Origin: Terriglobia bacterium
Lineage (GTDB): Bacteria; Acidobacteriota; Terriglobia; Acidiferrales; UBA7541
DNA: 64,000 nt
Direction: 5' to 3'
Assembly: GCA_041478355.1 (NCBI GenBank)
Contig: JBGOVX010000002.1
Coordinates: 7,384-71,383, forward strand
Position numbers and translations under genes: made by a program. Position 1 is the stretch's first letter, and each line of letters opens with the position of its first letter. The notes under the pieces are model-generated. The model saw nothing but the letters and a program-made list of their open reading frames with translations. It had not been told where the DNA came from and made no database searches. Below are positions 9,929 to 18,001 of this stretch, piece by piece.

Positions 9929-9983
9929 GACTCCCCTTAATTGCTGAAAACCCTGCGAGGGCGAATCGCAATGACCGTCTGCT

Positions 9984-10235
9984 CTATGCGGCTGCGATGA
10001 GACTGCGACCCCTTTTTGCGGCCAATTCTTCATCACGGGGCTTTAATTGAATGTTTCCGGATTCCTGGCTGAGCACGTAGAGTTCGGAACAACTTCCGCA
10101 GAGCCAAAAATGTTCGACAACAGGTTTGTTCGCAGTAAATCGGCCGTTCAACACAGACCGGCATAATCGAACCAGTTGGCCTTCGCGGTAATCAAACGGT
10201 ATTTTGCAAGCAGGATTAGAGCATTTCGTAAACAT
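9984..10235 (-). CDS. Small zinc-ribbon-like protein (hypothetical)
   Basis: ORF 9984-10382 trimmed to ATG 10235, which follows AGGAAAGGGGA. 83 aa with cysteine pairs CSNPAC and CGSC. Lies 55 nt upstream of the Hsp20-like gene. Confidence 0.5.
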   Translation of the reverse strand: MFTKCSNPACKIPFDYREGQLVRLCRSVLNGRFTANKPVVEHFWLCGSCSELYVLSQESGNIQLKPRDEELAAKRGRSLIAAA

Positions 10236-10275
10236 CGCTCCCGGTCCCCTTTCCTGATGTAAGGCTAGATCACAC

Positions 10276-10340
10276 CTGACGCATCGTAAGCAGCTTTTTG
10301 GTATCGGTTTCTGCGTCGAAAGACTGTGCGCGAAATCACC
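10276..10340 (-). promoter_or_regulatory. Putative class II CRP/FNR-type promoter plus conserved leader start (Zn-ribbon/Hsp20-like unit)
   Basis: Gene-strand dyad GGTGA-TTTCGC-GCACA (10340..10325). TACCAA (10303..10298) at the same 29.5-nt offset. Invariant 17-mer TGCTTACGATGCGTCAG (10292..10276). Confidence 0.45.
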
Positions 10341-10542
10341 ATTAACTTTTTTCCGCAGGTGGCAGAGGTGTCCGGCGTCCACCTCATGATCTTTTTGAGG
10401 CTGTCACGCTGCTGCCTCCGTGTCCACATGAACTTGGACAAGGCTGTGCAAAAGTGGGCCCCTATTCGTTCTGTACCTTAACGGCATGCCTCGCTGTCCC
10501 CTTCTCCGATGCGCAAACTGATTGCATTTGCTTTGTGGAAAC

Positions 10543-10577
10543 GAGGGCAGGCATTGCCGGGTACTATGCCTGCCCTC
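10543..10577 (-). terminator. Hairpin terminator candidate downstream of hsp20
   Basis: Perfect 12-bp inverted repeat GAGGGCAGGCAT / ATGCCTGCCCTC with an 11-nt loop, 12 nt after the stop at 10590. Only a weak T tract (GTTTCC) follows. Confidence 0.5.
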
Positions 10578-10589
10578 CGGCTTTTCCTA

Positions 10590-11117
10590 CTAGGCCGCCT
10601 TGGGTTCGACACGGACAGTCTTGGCATGAGCCGCCTTGGGCATTTCAATGTTCAAAATGCCGTCTTTCAAGGTCGCAGTTACCTTGGAGCCATCAACCTC
10701 CGCCGGCAGGTCAACTGCGCGCAGTATTTGCTCGGCACACCGCTCCGAGTAGATTGTCTTGCCCTTCTTGCTTTCTTCCTTCGCTTCGTGCTTGCCGGTG
10801 ATCGTCAACCGGCGCGGTTCGACGTTGATCTCAAGCTCCTTGGTGCTGAAGCCGGGCACCTCCGCCCGAACGGTTAGATTGTCGTCCGACTCCGTGACTT
10901 CCAAGTGGACCGGATGCAGAAGTTCGGATTCAGCTTGGAGCCAATCCTCCAATTCGTGACCGAACCACCTGCCATTGCTGTCGAATATCTCGAAGGCTCT
11001 TCGAGCAATCGAGTCGTAGACTTGCTGGATTCGATCAAAAACATTCTCGATCTCACTCTGTTTAACAGGTACCGGTGTCTTGACCGGTTGCATTGCTGTT
11101 GCGGCTTGCGCGTTCAT
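10590..11117 (-). CDS. Small heat-shock protein (Hsp20/alpha-crystallin) with DUF2934-type N-terminus
   Basis: ORF trimmed to ATG 11117, which follows AAGGGGGA. IARRAFEIFDSNGRWFGHELEDWLQAESE (DUF2934-like), then an ACD (LTVRAEVPGFSTKELEINVEPRRLTITGK ... KDGILNIEMPK). Confidence 0.85.
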   Translation of the reverse strand: MNAQAATAMQPVKTPVPVKQSEIENVFDRIQQVYDSIARRAFEIFDSNGRWFGHELEDWLQAESELLHPVHLEVTESDDNLTVRAEVPGFSTKELEINVEPRRLTITGKHEAKEESKKGKTIYSERCAEQILRAVDLPAEVDGSKVTATLKDGILNIEMPKAAHAKTVRVEPKAA

Positions 11118-11212
11118 CTGTGTCCCCCTTAAACTCAATATCTGTTGCTGACGATATCGACCGGGGCCGCGGTACAAGCCTCCTGGCTCTCTCACGCACG
11201 CATGCCACAGGA

Positions 11213-11277
11213 CTGACGCATCGTAAGCACTTTGTTTCTACACGAATCTGCATCGCAATACTGTGAGCGAGGTCACC
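11213..11277 (-). promoter_or_regulatory. Putative class II CRP/FNR-type promoter plus conserved leader start (hsp20 unit)
   Basis: Gene-strand dyad GGTGA-CCTCGC-TCACA (11277..11262). TAGAAA (11240..11235) at the same offset. Identical 17-mer TGCTTACGATGCGTCAG (11229..11213). Confidence 0.45.
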
Positions 11278-11756
11278 GATGATAGTAATCCGGGTCACAT
11301 GTGTAATATGTTTGATACTTCGACAGACAGCCCGTCCACGAATAGCCACTACCCTTGTTCACCCTTGGCATAAACACCTTGCTAATCGAGGGAGCGCGGC
11401 GTGATGTCAGAATCGGTGTGGGAATGGAAATCGATAACCCCAGTCAAATTGGCTTGCTCGTGCGCTGTGAACGCCATCAGACCGAGCCAGACTCCTATTC
11501 AGGCGCTTCGGCCGATGAAACGATACGGCAATTTTGCGCGCCTCGTTTTCTCTCCCTATTTTGAGCACCCATGAAGCAAGCAGCCCCATTGACCGCTTTG
11601 GGGTAGGGCCCTCCTAAACAATTCAGACGCATCCACTCGGGTGAAGGGGGAGTTTGCATCAGAGCAGATTACTCGCCCATGAGGCTTTTTCAGGGCAATG
11701 CGCTTGATTTTGGTTTCTATTACCACTTCCCTGCCGGAATGATAAAATCGGGGGCT

Positions 11757-12299
11757 ATGAGCACCGCAAGCACGCGGCCGCAACTTCAGATTCGTCACGC
11801 GCAGGAAAGCGACGCGGGATCGATGTGCGAGATTTTCAACGAAGCGGTGCAGGATCACCTGGAAACATTTGATTCCGACCCACGCTCGGTGGACGACCAG
11901 AGCATGTTCATCGCCGCGGCAGAGCATGACCCGAAGCACCCGATTCTGGTCGCCGAGATTCGCAACTGGATTGCAGGCTGGGCCACACTCGCTCCTTATG
12001 ACAACCGCATCGCGCTCGACGACATCGGCGAAGTATCCCTTTACGTCCGCCGGTCGTTTCGCAATTACGGTGTGGGCCGCCAGTTGATGCGCGCCATTCA
12101 GGAAGCAGCCGGAAGATTGGAATATCGCAAACTGATTGGCCGCATCCTGGCGGCGAATCAAGATGGCCTGCTGCTGTGCCGCGCGACGGGTTGGAGCGAG
12201 GTTGGCCGCCACTCCGCCCACGCACGATTAAATGGCGGCCTTTATGATGTGATGCTTGTGGAGTACCTGATCCCCGCCCCGCCTGCGACGCACCCATGA
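11757..12299 (+). CDS. GNAT-family N-acetyltransferase (phosphinothricin-acetyltransferase-like)
   Basis: ORF trimmed to ATG 11757, which follows GGGGG. 180 aa. IRHAQESDAGSMCEIFNEAV and acetyl-CoA motif RRSFRNYGVGRQLM. Confidence 0.8.
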   Translation: MSTASTRPQLQIRHAQESDAGSMCEIFNEAVQDHLETFDSDPRSVDDQSMFIAAAEHDPKHPILVAEIRNWIAGWATLAPYDNRIALDDIGEVSLYVRRSFRNYGVGRQLMRAIQEAAGRLEYRKLIGRILAANQDGLLLCRATGWSEVGRHSAHARLNGGLYDVMLVEYLIPAPPATHP

Positions 12300-12742
12300 T
12301 GGATAACGATTACATGCGCCTGGCAATCGAGCAGGCGCGCGCCGCAGCTCTACTCGGGGAAGTTCCTATCGGCGCCGTCATTGTGTTGGGAGATGAAATT
12401 GTGGCCGTCGCGGGAAATCGCACCATCACCGATTGCGATCCTACGGCGCATGCGGAAGTGGTGGCGCTTCGAGCGGCCGCTCGCGCGATTGGCAACCATC
12501 GCCTCGCTGGAGCCGCGCTTTACGTCACGCTGGAGCCGTGTGCGATGTGCGCCGGAGCGCTGGTGCAGGCGCGCATCGCGCGCCTCGTCTATGGCGCCGA
12601 TGACCCCAAAGGCGGCGCAATTCGCACGTGCATGCAGGTTCTCGACGGTCCCGCGCTCAATCATCGCATCGCGGTGACACCCGGCGTCCTGGCCGAGGAA
12701 TCCGTCGCGTTGCTGCAATCTTTTTTCACTGCCCGCCGCTAA
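12296..12742 (+). CDS. tadA: tRNA adenosine(34) deaminase
   Basis: 148 aa. Zinc motifs HAEVVAL and TLEPCAMCAGAL. ATGA overlap with the GNAT stop. Confidence 0.9.
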   Translation: MMDNDYMRLAIEQARAAALLGEVPIGAVIVLGDEIVAVAGNRTITDCDPTAHAEVVALRAAARAIGNHRLAGAALYVTLEPCAMCAGALVQARIARLVYGADDPKGGAIRTCMQVLDGPALNHRIAVTPGVLAEESVALLQSFFTARR

Positions 12743-12746
12743 GGCG

Positions 12747-13505
12747 TCAGTGCTCCATGTCCGTACCAGGATTTTCACCCGAGCCCATCTTCCACAAAAT
12801 CTGTCTCAGCATGCCGAGCCAAATTACGGCATCACGAGCGGGCAGATTGAGCCGCCGGACCAAGCGGCGAATTCTTTCCTCGGAATCCTTCACGCGCCGG
12901 CGGCTGAGGTAACCGCTGACATGCAGAGCTTCGATGAGCTTGATGGTTATTCGTTCAACTTCAGCCGCGGTTGCCGGCGGCAGCTTCGCCGGTTCGGGCG
13001 CTCCCTTGGCATTTCGAATGATTTCATACAAGCAGACCGCCACGGCCTGCCCTAAATTCATCGAAATGTTTTGGTCGCACGTCGGAATGCGCATCAGCCA
13101 GTGACAGTGGCTGAGGTCTTCGTTCGAAAGGCCAAATTTCTCCGACCCGAACAGCAGCGCCACACCGCTCGATGCCAGGCGCTTGCGAACCAGGCGCGCG
13201 CCATGCTCGAGGCGCCGGACCTGGTGTTGCAATTCGCGGTTGCGGACAGCCGTCGTTCCAACCACCAGCGTGCAGTCGGCGACCGCCTCGGCCACGGTCT
13301 TGTACTCCTCCGCATTCGCCAGCAGGGCCGATGCCCCGACCGCGGAGCGTGCCTCTCGAAACGATGGCTGGTAGGAATTCACCACTCGCAGGCGGAGAAA
13401 CCCGAAGTTACTCATGGCGCGAGCGGCCGCTCCGATATTAAGAGGATTTCGCGCGGCCACCAGGACGACACGCAGGCGATCGAATTCGGCAGGAGTAGTC
13501 AACAA
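12747..13505 (-). CDS. trmJ: SpoU/TrmH-family RNA 2'-O-methyltransferase, TrmJ/LasT-like
   Basis: 252 aa. RVVLVAARNPLNIGAAARAMSNFGF, LLFGSEKFGLSNEDL, SMNLGQAVAVCLYE, plus the C-terminal extension typical of TrmJ. Apparent TTG start, so the start is uncertain. Confidence 0.8.
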   Translation of the reverse strand: MLTTPAEFDRLRVVLVAARNPLNIGAAARAMSNFGFLRLRVVNSYQPSFREARSAVGASALLANAEEYKTVAEAVADCTLVVGTTAVRNRELQHQVRRLEHGARLVRKRLASSGVALLFGSEKFGLSNEDLSHCHWLMRIPTCDQNISMNLGQAVAVCLYEIIRNAKGAPEPAKLPPATAAEVERITIKLIEALHVSGYLSRRRVKDSEERIRRLVRRLNLPARDAVIWLGMLRQILWKMGSGENPGTDMEH

Positions 13506-13552
13506 TCGGTATTCTACGACATCCTCACACTCGGAGAATGAATCGCTCCTGT

Positions 13553-13714
13553 TTAATTCAGCATCTTGGCGTTGAAGGCCGCTATGAAATCATCCTGCAC
13601 GGTGTAGCTGACCTGAATGGGATTGCAGCAGACTTCGCAATCTTCCACGTAGGTCTGCCGACGAACCGAAAGGTCCAGAACCATCGAAATCTCTTCGCCG
13701 CAATATGGACACAT
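13553..13714 (-). CDS. CPXCG-motif cysteine-rich small protein
   Basis: ORF trimmed to ATG 13714, which follows GGTGGAG. 53 aa. MCPYCGE ... EDCEVCCNPI. Confidence 0.6.
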   Translation of the reverse strand: MCPYCGEEISMVLDLSVRRQTYVEDCEVCCNPIQVSYTVQDDFIAAFNAKMLN

Positions 13715-13837
13715 GAAAATATGCTCCACCGTGAATACAAAGTACCGCGGCACCGCGTCTGGCGACAAGGGCGAGGATTGGAAAACAGCAAGATCTAACC
13801 GGGGGATTCGCGCATGCACCACGCGCGCAATGCTGCC

Positions 13838-14059
13838 CTAGTGTCCCGGATCGAGTGAGGGAGGCGCTATGGAAGATGGAAAACTATCGTGAGCCCGGTC
13901 TTCTTCTTGCAATTGGGAGAGGATGCGTCTGAACAAAGGCATGATCAATGCAACTACCGCGGTTTCGTCTCCCGGGGTATCGCTCAGCTTCGATCTGAAG
14001 TCTTTGTTCTGCTCGAAAGCGAGTCTGGTTAAAATTGCTGCTGCGGTTTCCATTGCCAT
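13838..14059 (-). CDS. Hypothetical small protein
   Basis: 73-aa ORF co-oriented with its neighbours. No recognisable motif, so coding status is uncertain. Confidence 0.3.
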   Translation of the reverse strand: MAMETAAAILTRLAFEQNKDFRSKLSDTPGDETAVVALIMPLFRRILSQLQEEDRAHDSFPSSIAPPSLDPGH

Positions 14060-14198
14060 ATTTTCCCTCTGTCTATGTAAGAACCTTGTCGTACAAGAAG
14101 AAATCGCCGTGGATCACTATACCACCCAATCAGATGGGCCGGGCTGAGGGCTGCCAGAAATGAGAACGGGGCGGCCGCTAGTGACTCCCACGAACGCG

Positions 14199-14489
14199 TC
14201 ACCAATTGCCGGTGCGGGAGTTGTAAATCGTAATTCCTCTCCCCGATAGCTCATCAAGCAATTGCGCTACGCCTGCTGTAATACTTTCGTCGCCGGGGAC
14301 AACGATTGCCCATTCAAGATTTTCCCTGAACTCCCGCGTGGATATGGTCCATCGGCGCAAAGATGGAGGCGTTGTGCGTCCAATTTGTATGATGGACCAA
14401 TGCCAGGCCAGCGTCAGCGCTGTCTTTCGATCCGGCAATGGACCTTGCACGATAAAGTGGTTGTCCCCATGGACCAGGATACCGGTCAT
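14199..14489 (-). CDS. Hypothetical protein coupled to the SagB-type dehydrogenase gene
   Basis: 96-aa ORF starting 6 nt after the upstream stop. No motif recognised. Confidence 0.45.
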   Translation of the reverse strand: MTGILVHGDNHFIVQGPLPDRKTALTLAWHWSIIQIGRTTPPSLRRWTISTREFRENLEWAIVVPGDESITAGVAQLLDELSGRGITIYNSRTGNW

Positions 14490-14495
14490 GCCGTT

Positions 14496-16148
14496 TCACG
14501 CCTCGATTCGCGGATCGGGAATCGCACGTCCGACCGCGAAGTGATAAATCACCTGCTGCGGAAGCATTCTGGAATCTAAATTGTCTCCTTCTTCGAGGAA
14601 ACCCAGATATCGGTGCACATCATCGTCATAAAAAGCGCCTATGCCCGTGGCATTCCAATGCAGCGCTTCCGCGCCCAAATACAGCCTCTGCCCAATAGCC
14701 CCAGCCTCGAAATGCACGTACCGGTAGCCTCGATTGCCGAATACTTGCGCAGCCGCAGCCAAGTCTGCAATCATCGAAACGGCGAAGCAAGCATTCCCCG
14801 CCAGGGACTGGTCCAGACTAAGATAAGCCGCCACGCGCTGCACATTGCCGGGATGTAACAGTTTCAGACTCCGGCTGTGCAGATCCCACTGGTAAACGCC
14901 GGGTTCGCAGTCGTGTACGCGGTGAACATAGAGATACAGGGTCACGAAATTGATGTCCTTCGCAAGGCTTGTCGCCTGGTCGTGGAAATGACCGCGCCAG
15001 TCCGCGGGCCAATCTCTGGTTGCGAAATCCAGAATCTGCTCCGCCTCATGGCGCTGCATAGGCGAAGTGTGGGGATCGAAATCAAGCGCAGAGCGCCGTC
15101 GCCGCACGATTGTTTCCAGAGGAGTATCACGGTCTGGTTTTTGCAAATGCCCGGTTATGGAGGGCTGTTCGCTCCCAACTAACGGCGCCCCCGCGGAATC
15201 AGGCAGGATCGTTGCGCGGTGAATATCGAGAAGCAATTCGTAAACAACTTCCTCAGCCGATAATTCGTTGGGAATTCCCGTAAACACTTCCCCGGGCGAG
15301 GCAGGTGATTGCGTGGACGCACGTTTCGATGGAAACACCAAGAAGGCCATGGGTGCCTGATCGCCTCCAATCAAGCCGAGAGCGCGCGTCAGATGGGAAT
15401 CAGCGAAATAAGTTATAGCGCTACCCGGCAATCCCAATGCCTGCGCCGCCAGAAGTATGCTCATCATTGCGTGTCCCAAATCATGGCAGCAGTATCGATA
15501 GGCGCGATCGCGGTACTTCCAGGCTTCACGCCAAAAAATTGACGTCAGCCCGACAATTAAAGACGGTTCCGCAGACAATGGAATTTTGAGGGCGCGAGCC
15601 AGGTGTTGCGTCCAGGCGCCTGGGCTGCGAAGCTCGATGGCGTGGCGATCCGCGCGGTAATGATACAGTCCGTCGCCGAGGCCCTGGAAATCCAGCAGCG
15701 CGACGTAGGTTTCGGTAGGGTGAAGATTTCCCGACGAAGGATTCACGCGCAGGCTATAGCGATTCCCGGTCTGCGACACTTTCTTCCAGGCGCTGATCGC
15801 CATGGAGTGCCAGAGCAAACGACTGAGCCATATCCGGTCCAAAGGAATTGATTCCCCGTTTTCGACCGCGTACCCACCGGCTAGACTCGCAGGCTCCGCG
15901 AGAGCCGAGATCACGGCGAATGTTCCAGTCTTCGGGAAGCCAGGTTCAGGCGGAAGCTCAATGTTGGGGGCGCCTTCATAGGTACGGAATGGGTCGGGCT
16001 GATTCTTCCAATCCAGAAAATGCGCGTTCGCGCGAACAGAATGAAAAGTGTGCTTAGTGGCTTGATGATAGGTGAAAAGACGTTCGGTTTCTAGGTTGTA
16101 GGCGCCACATCGGGGATCCTCCAAATCGCGGGAGAGGAAGCGCGTCAT
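14496..16148 (-). CDS. SagB/ThcOx-type nitroreductase-fold dehydrogenase (two-domain)
   Basis: 550 aa. N-terminal YHQATKHTF signature typical of SagB-type dehydrogenase domains and two nitroreductase-like halves. No YcaO or cyclodehydratase nearby. Confidence 0.75.
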   Translation of the reverse strand: MTRFLSRDLEDPRCGAYNLETERLFTYHQATKHTFHSVRANAHFLDWKNQPDPFRTYEGAPNIELPPEPGFPKTGTFAVISALAEPASLAGGYAVENGESIPLDRIWLSRLLWHSMAISAWKKVSQTGNRYSLRVNPSSGNLHPTETYVALLDFQGLGDGLYHYRADRHAIELRSPGAWTQHLARALKIPLSAEPSLIVGLTSIFWREAWKYRDRAYRYCCHDLGHAMMSILLAAQALGLPGSAITYFADSHLTRALGLIGGDQAPMAFLVFPSKRASTQSPASPGEVFTGIPNELSAEEVVYELLLDIHRATILPDSAGAPLVGSEQPSITGHLQKPDRDTPLETIVRRRRSALDFDPHTSPMQRHEAEQILDFATRDWPADWRGHFHDQATSLAKDINFVTLYLYVHRVHDCEPGVYQWDLHSRSLKLLHPGNVQRVAAYLSLDQSLAGNACFAVSMIADLAAAAQVFGNRGYRYVHFEAGAIGQRLYLGAEALHWNATGIGAFYDDDVHRYLGFLEEGDNLDSRMLPQQVIYHFAVGRAIPDPRIEA

Positions 16149-16258
16149 CCCGTTATCCGCTCGAAGTTCCCGATGCGGTTCAAATTATTTCCGGCATCGA
16201 AAGATTGACGCGCATGGATTCCACAGGAGGATTTACCCGCGGCGGTGGCCGGCGGATT

Positions 16259-18001
16259 TCACAAAATCCCTTCCAGAAAGGTGCGGAGGTTCCTCGACCG
16301 GGACGGATGGCGCAGCTTGCGCAAGGCTTTGGCTTCGATTTGACGGATACGTTCTCGTGTAACGGCAAAGGAGTGTCCAACTTCCTCGAGGGTATGTTCG
16401 GAACCATCCTCCAGGCCGAAGCGCATCTTAATCACTTTTTCCTCGCGGGGTGTCAGCGTCTTCAACAATGATTCAGTCTGTTCCTGCAAGCTGATGTTGA
16501 TGGCGGCGTCAGAAGGCGACACCGAGGACTTGTCCTCGATAAATTCCCCCAAGTGTGAATCTTCTTCTTCGCCGATGGGTGTCTCGAGCGAAATGGGCTG
16601 CTGCGCAATCTGCTTGGTCTTGCGCACCTTGTCGATCGGAACGTCCAGGCGTGAGGCTATCTCCTCGGTGCTTGGCTCGCGGCCGAGCTCCTGCACGAGC
16701 TGGCGGCTGGTTCGAACCTGCTTATTGATGGTCTCGATCATGTGCACGGGGACACGGATCGTGCGGGCCTGATCAGCGATGGCGCGGGTTACAGCCTGAC
16801 GAATCCACCACGTCGCATAGGTTGAAAACTTGTAGCCGCGGCGCCATTCGAATTTATCCGCGCCTTTCATCAAGCCGATATTGCCTTCTTGAATCAGGTC
16901 CAGAAATTGCAGCCCGCGATTTGTATACTTCTTGGCGATGGAAACGACCAGGCGCAAGTTCGCCTCGACCATTTCTTTCTTGGCATGGTCGGCATCAGAC
17001 TCTCCGCGGAGAATTATCTGGAGCATGCGCTTCAGGTCGGTCAGCCCGGTTTCACTGGAGACTTCAATTTCATGAAGCTCCGCGCGCCGCGCACGCAATT
17101 CCTTGCGGGCCTCGGCAGCATTGTCCCCTTTGGAAGCCTCGACTCGCCGTTCGAGCTTCCCTATTTCGCGCTCCAGGGACTGCAATCGCTCCACGATATG
17201 GCGAATCTTGTCGATCAGCCGTTTTCTTTCGAGCGGGTGGAAATCGATCGATCGAACAAGGTGCGACATTTGTACTCGCGTCCTGGCCAGCCGGTTCTTG
17301 TGCCGCAAGTGGACGCGTCTTGATGCCTTAGGCGTTTTCTCTAATTGCGCCGCTTGCTTGAGCCCCAAGGCATAAAGGTGCTCGATTTTCCCAATGGTCC
17401 GCAGGATCTCGCGCGTCTTGCTTTCGGTTTCCTCTTCGGTCAGCTCTTCCTGGTCAAATTGAACGATTTTCTTGATCGATAGAGTGCCGTTTCGAAGGTC
17501 CTCGGCAACCGAAATCAATTCCTTAAGAACGATTGGCGACCGGGAGATCGTCTTGAGCACCATCAGATGGCCGCGCTCCATGCGCTTGGCAATAGCCACT
17601 TCATCCTGGCGCTTCAGCAGCGGAACCGAACCCATCTCGCGCAGATAGATTCGAACTGGATCGTTGTTCTTGTCGAGCAACCCTGGGGTAAGGTCGAGTT
17701 CACTCTCTTCCACCACCGGAACTCTGTCGGCCCATTCCACCAACGGGGCTTCCGGGGCATTGGGGTCAGGGGCAGCATGAGCAGCCCTTGCGGCAGCCAA
17801 GTCTTCGTAGATGGTGATTCCCAAGCGTTCGAAAGTGGACAGCAGATCGTCAATCTCCTCCGACGAGTGCGCGTCATCAGGCAATACCTGTTCTATCTCC
17901 TCCGAGAGCAGGTATCCGCGCTCCTTGCCCAGAGTGATTAGATTGCGGACTTGGTCGCGCATTTCTTGGGTTGTCAGTGACAAGAAACTCTCCCCATGCA
18001 A
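16259..18001 (-). CDS. rpoD: Primary RNA polymerase sigma factor RpoD
   Basis: 580 aa. Region 2 [37 protein letters not shown] and region 4 [30 protein letters not shown]. The ORF start is TTG; an alternative TTG at 17983 follows GGGGAGAG. Confidence 0.95.
   Translation of the reverse strand: MHGESFLSLTTQEMRDQVRNLITLGKERGYLLSEEIEQVLPDDAHSSEEIDDLLSTFERLGITIYEDLAAARAAHAAPDPNAPEAPLVEWADRVPVVEESELDLTPGLLDKNNDPVRIYLREMGSVPLLKRQDEVAIAKRMERGHLMVLKTISRSPIVLKELISVAEDLRNGTLSIKKIVQFDQEELTEEETESKTREILRTIGKIEHLYALGLKQAAQLEKTPKASRRVHLRHKNRLARTRVQMSHLVRSIDFHPLERKRLIDKIRHIVERLQSLEREIGKLERRVEASKGDNAAEARKELRARRAELHEIEVSSETGLTDLKRMLQIILRGESDADHAKKEMVEANLRLVVSIAKKYTNRGLQFLDLIQEGNIGLMKGADKFEWRRGYKFSTYATWWIRQAVTRAIADQARTIRVPVHMIETINKQVRTSRQLVQELGREPSTEEIASRLDVPIDKVRKTKQIAQQPISLETPIGEEEDSHLGEFIEDKSSVSPSDAAINISLQEQTESLLKTLTPREEKVIKMRFGLEDGSEHTLEEVGHSFAVTRERIRQIEAKALRKLRHPSRSRNLRTFLEGIL

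Noticed and set aside
11466-11481. Fourth CRP-like dyad TGTGA-ACGCCA-TCAGA in the long hsp20/GNAT intergenic region.
   Set aside because: It matches 9 of 10 half-site positions, but no TA-type hexamer lies at the 29.5-nt offset in either direction. It is about 350 nt from the hsp20 start and about 280 nt from the GNAT start. It may be an upstream auxiliary site or chance.
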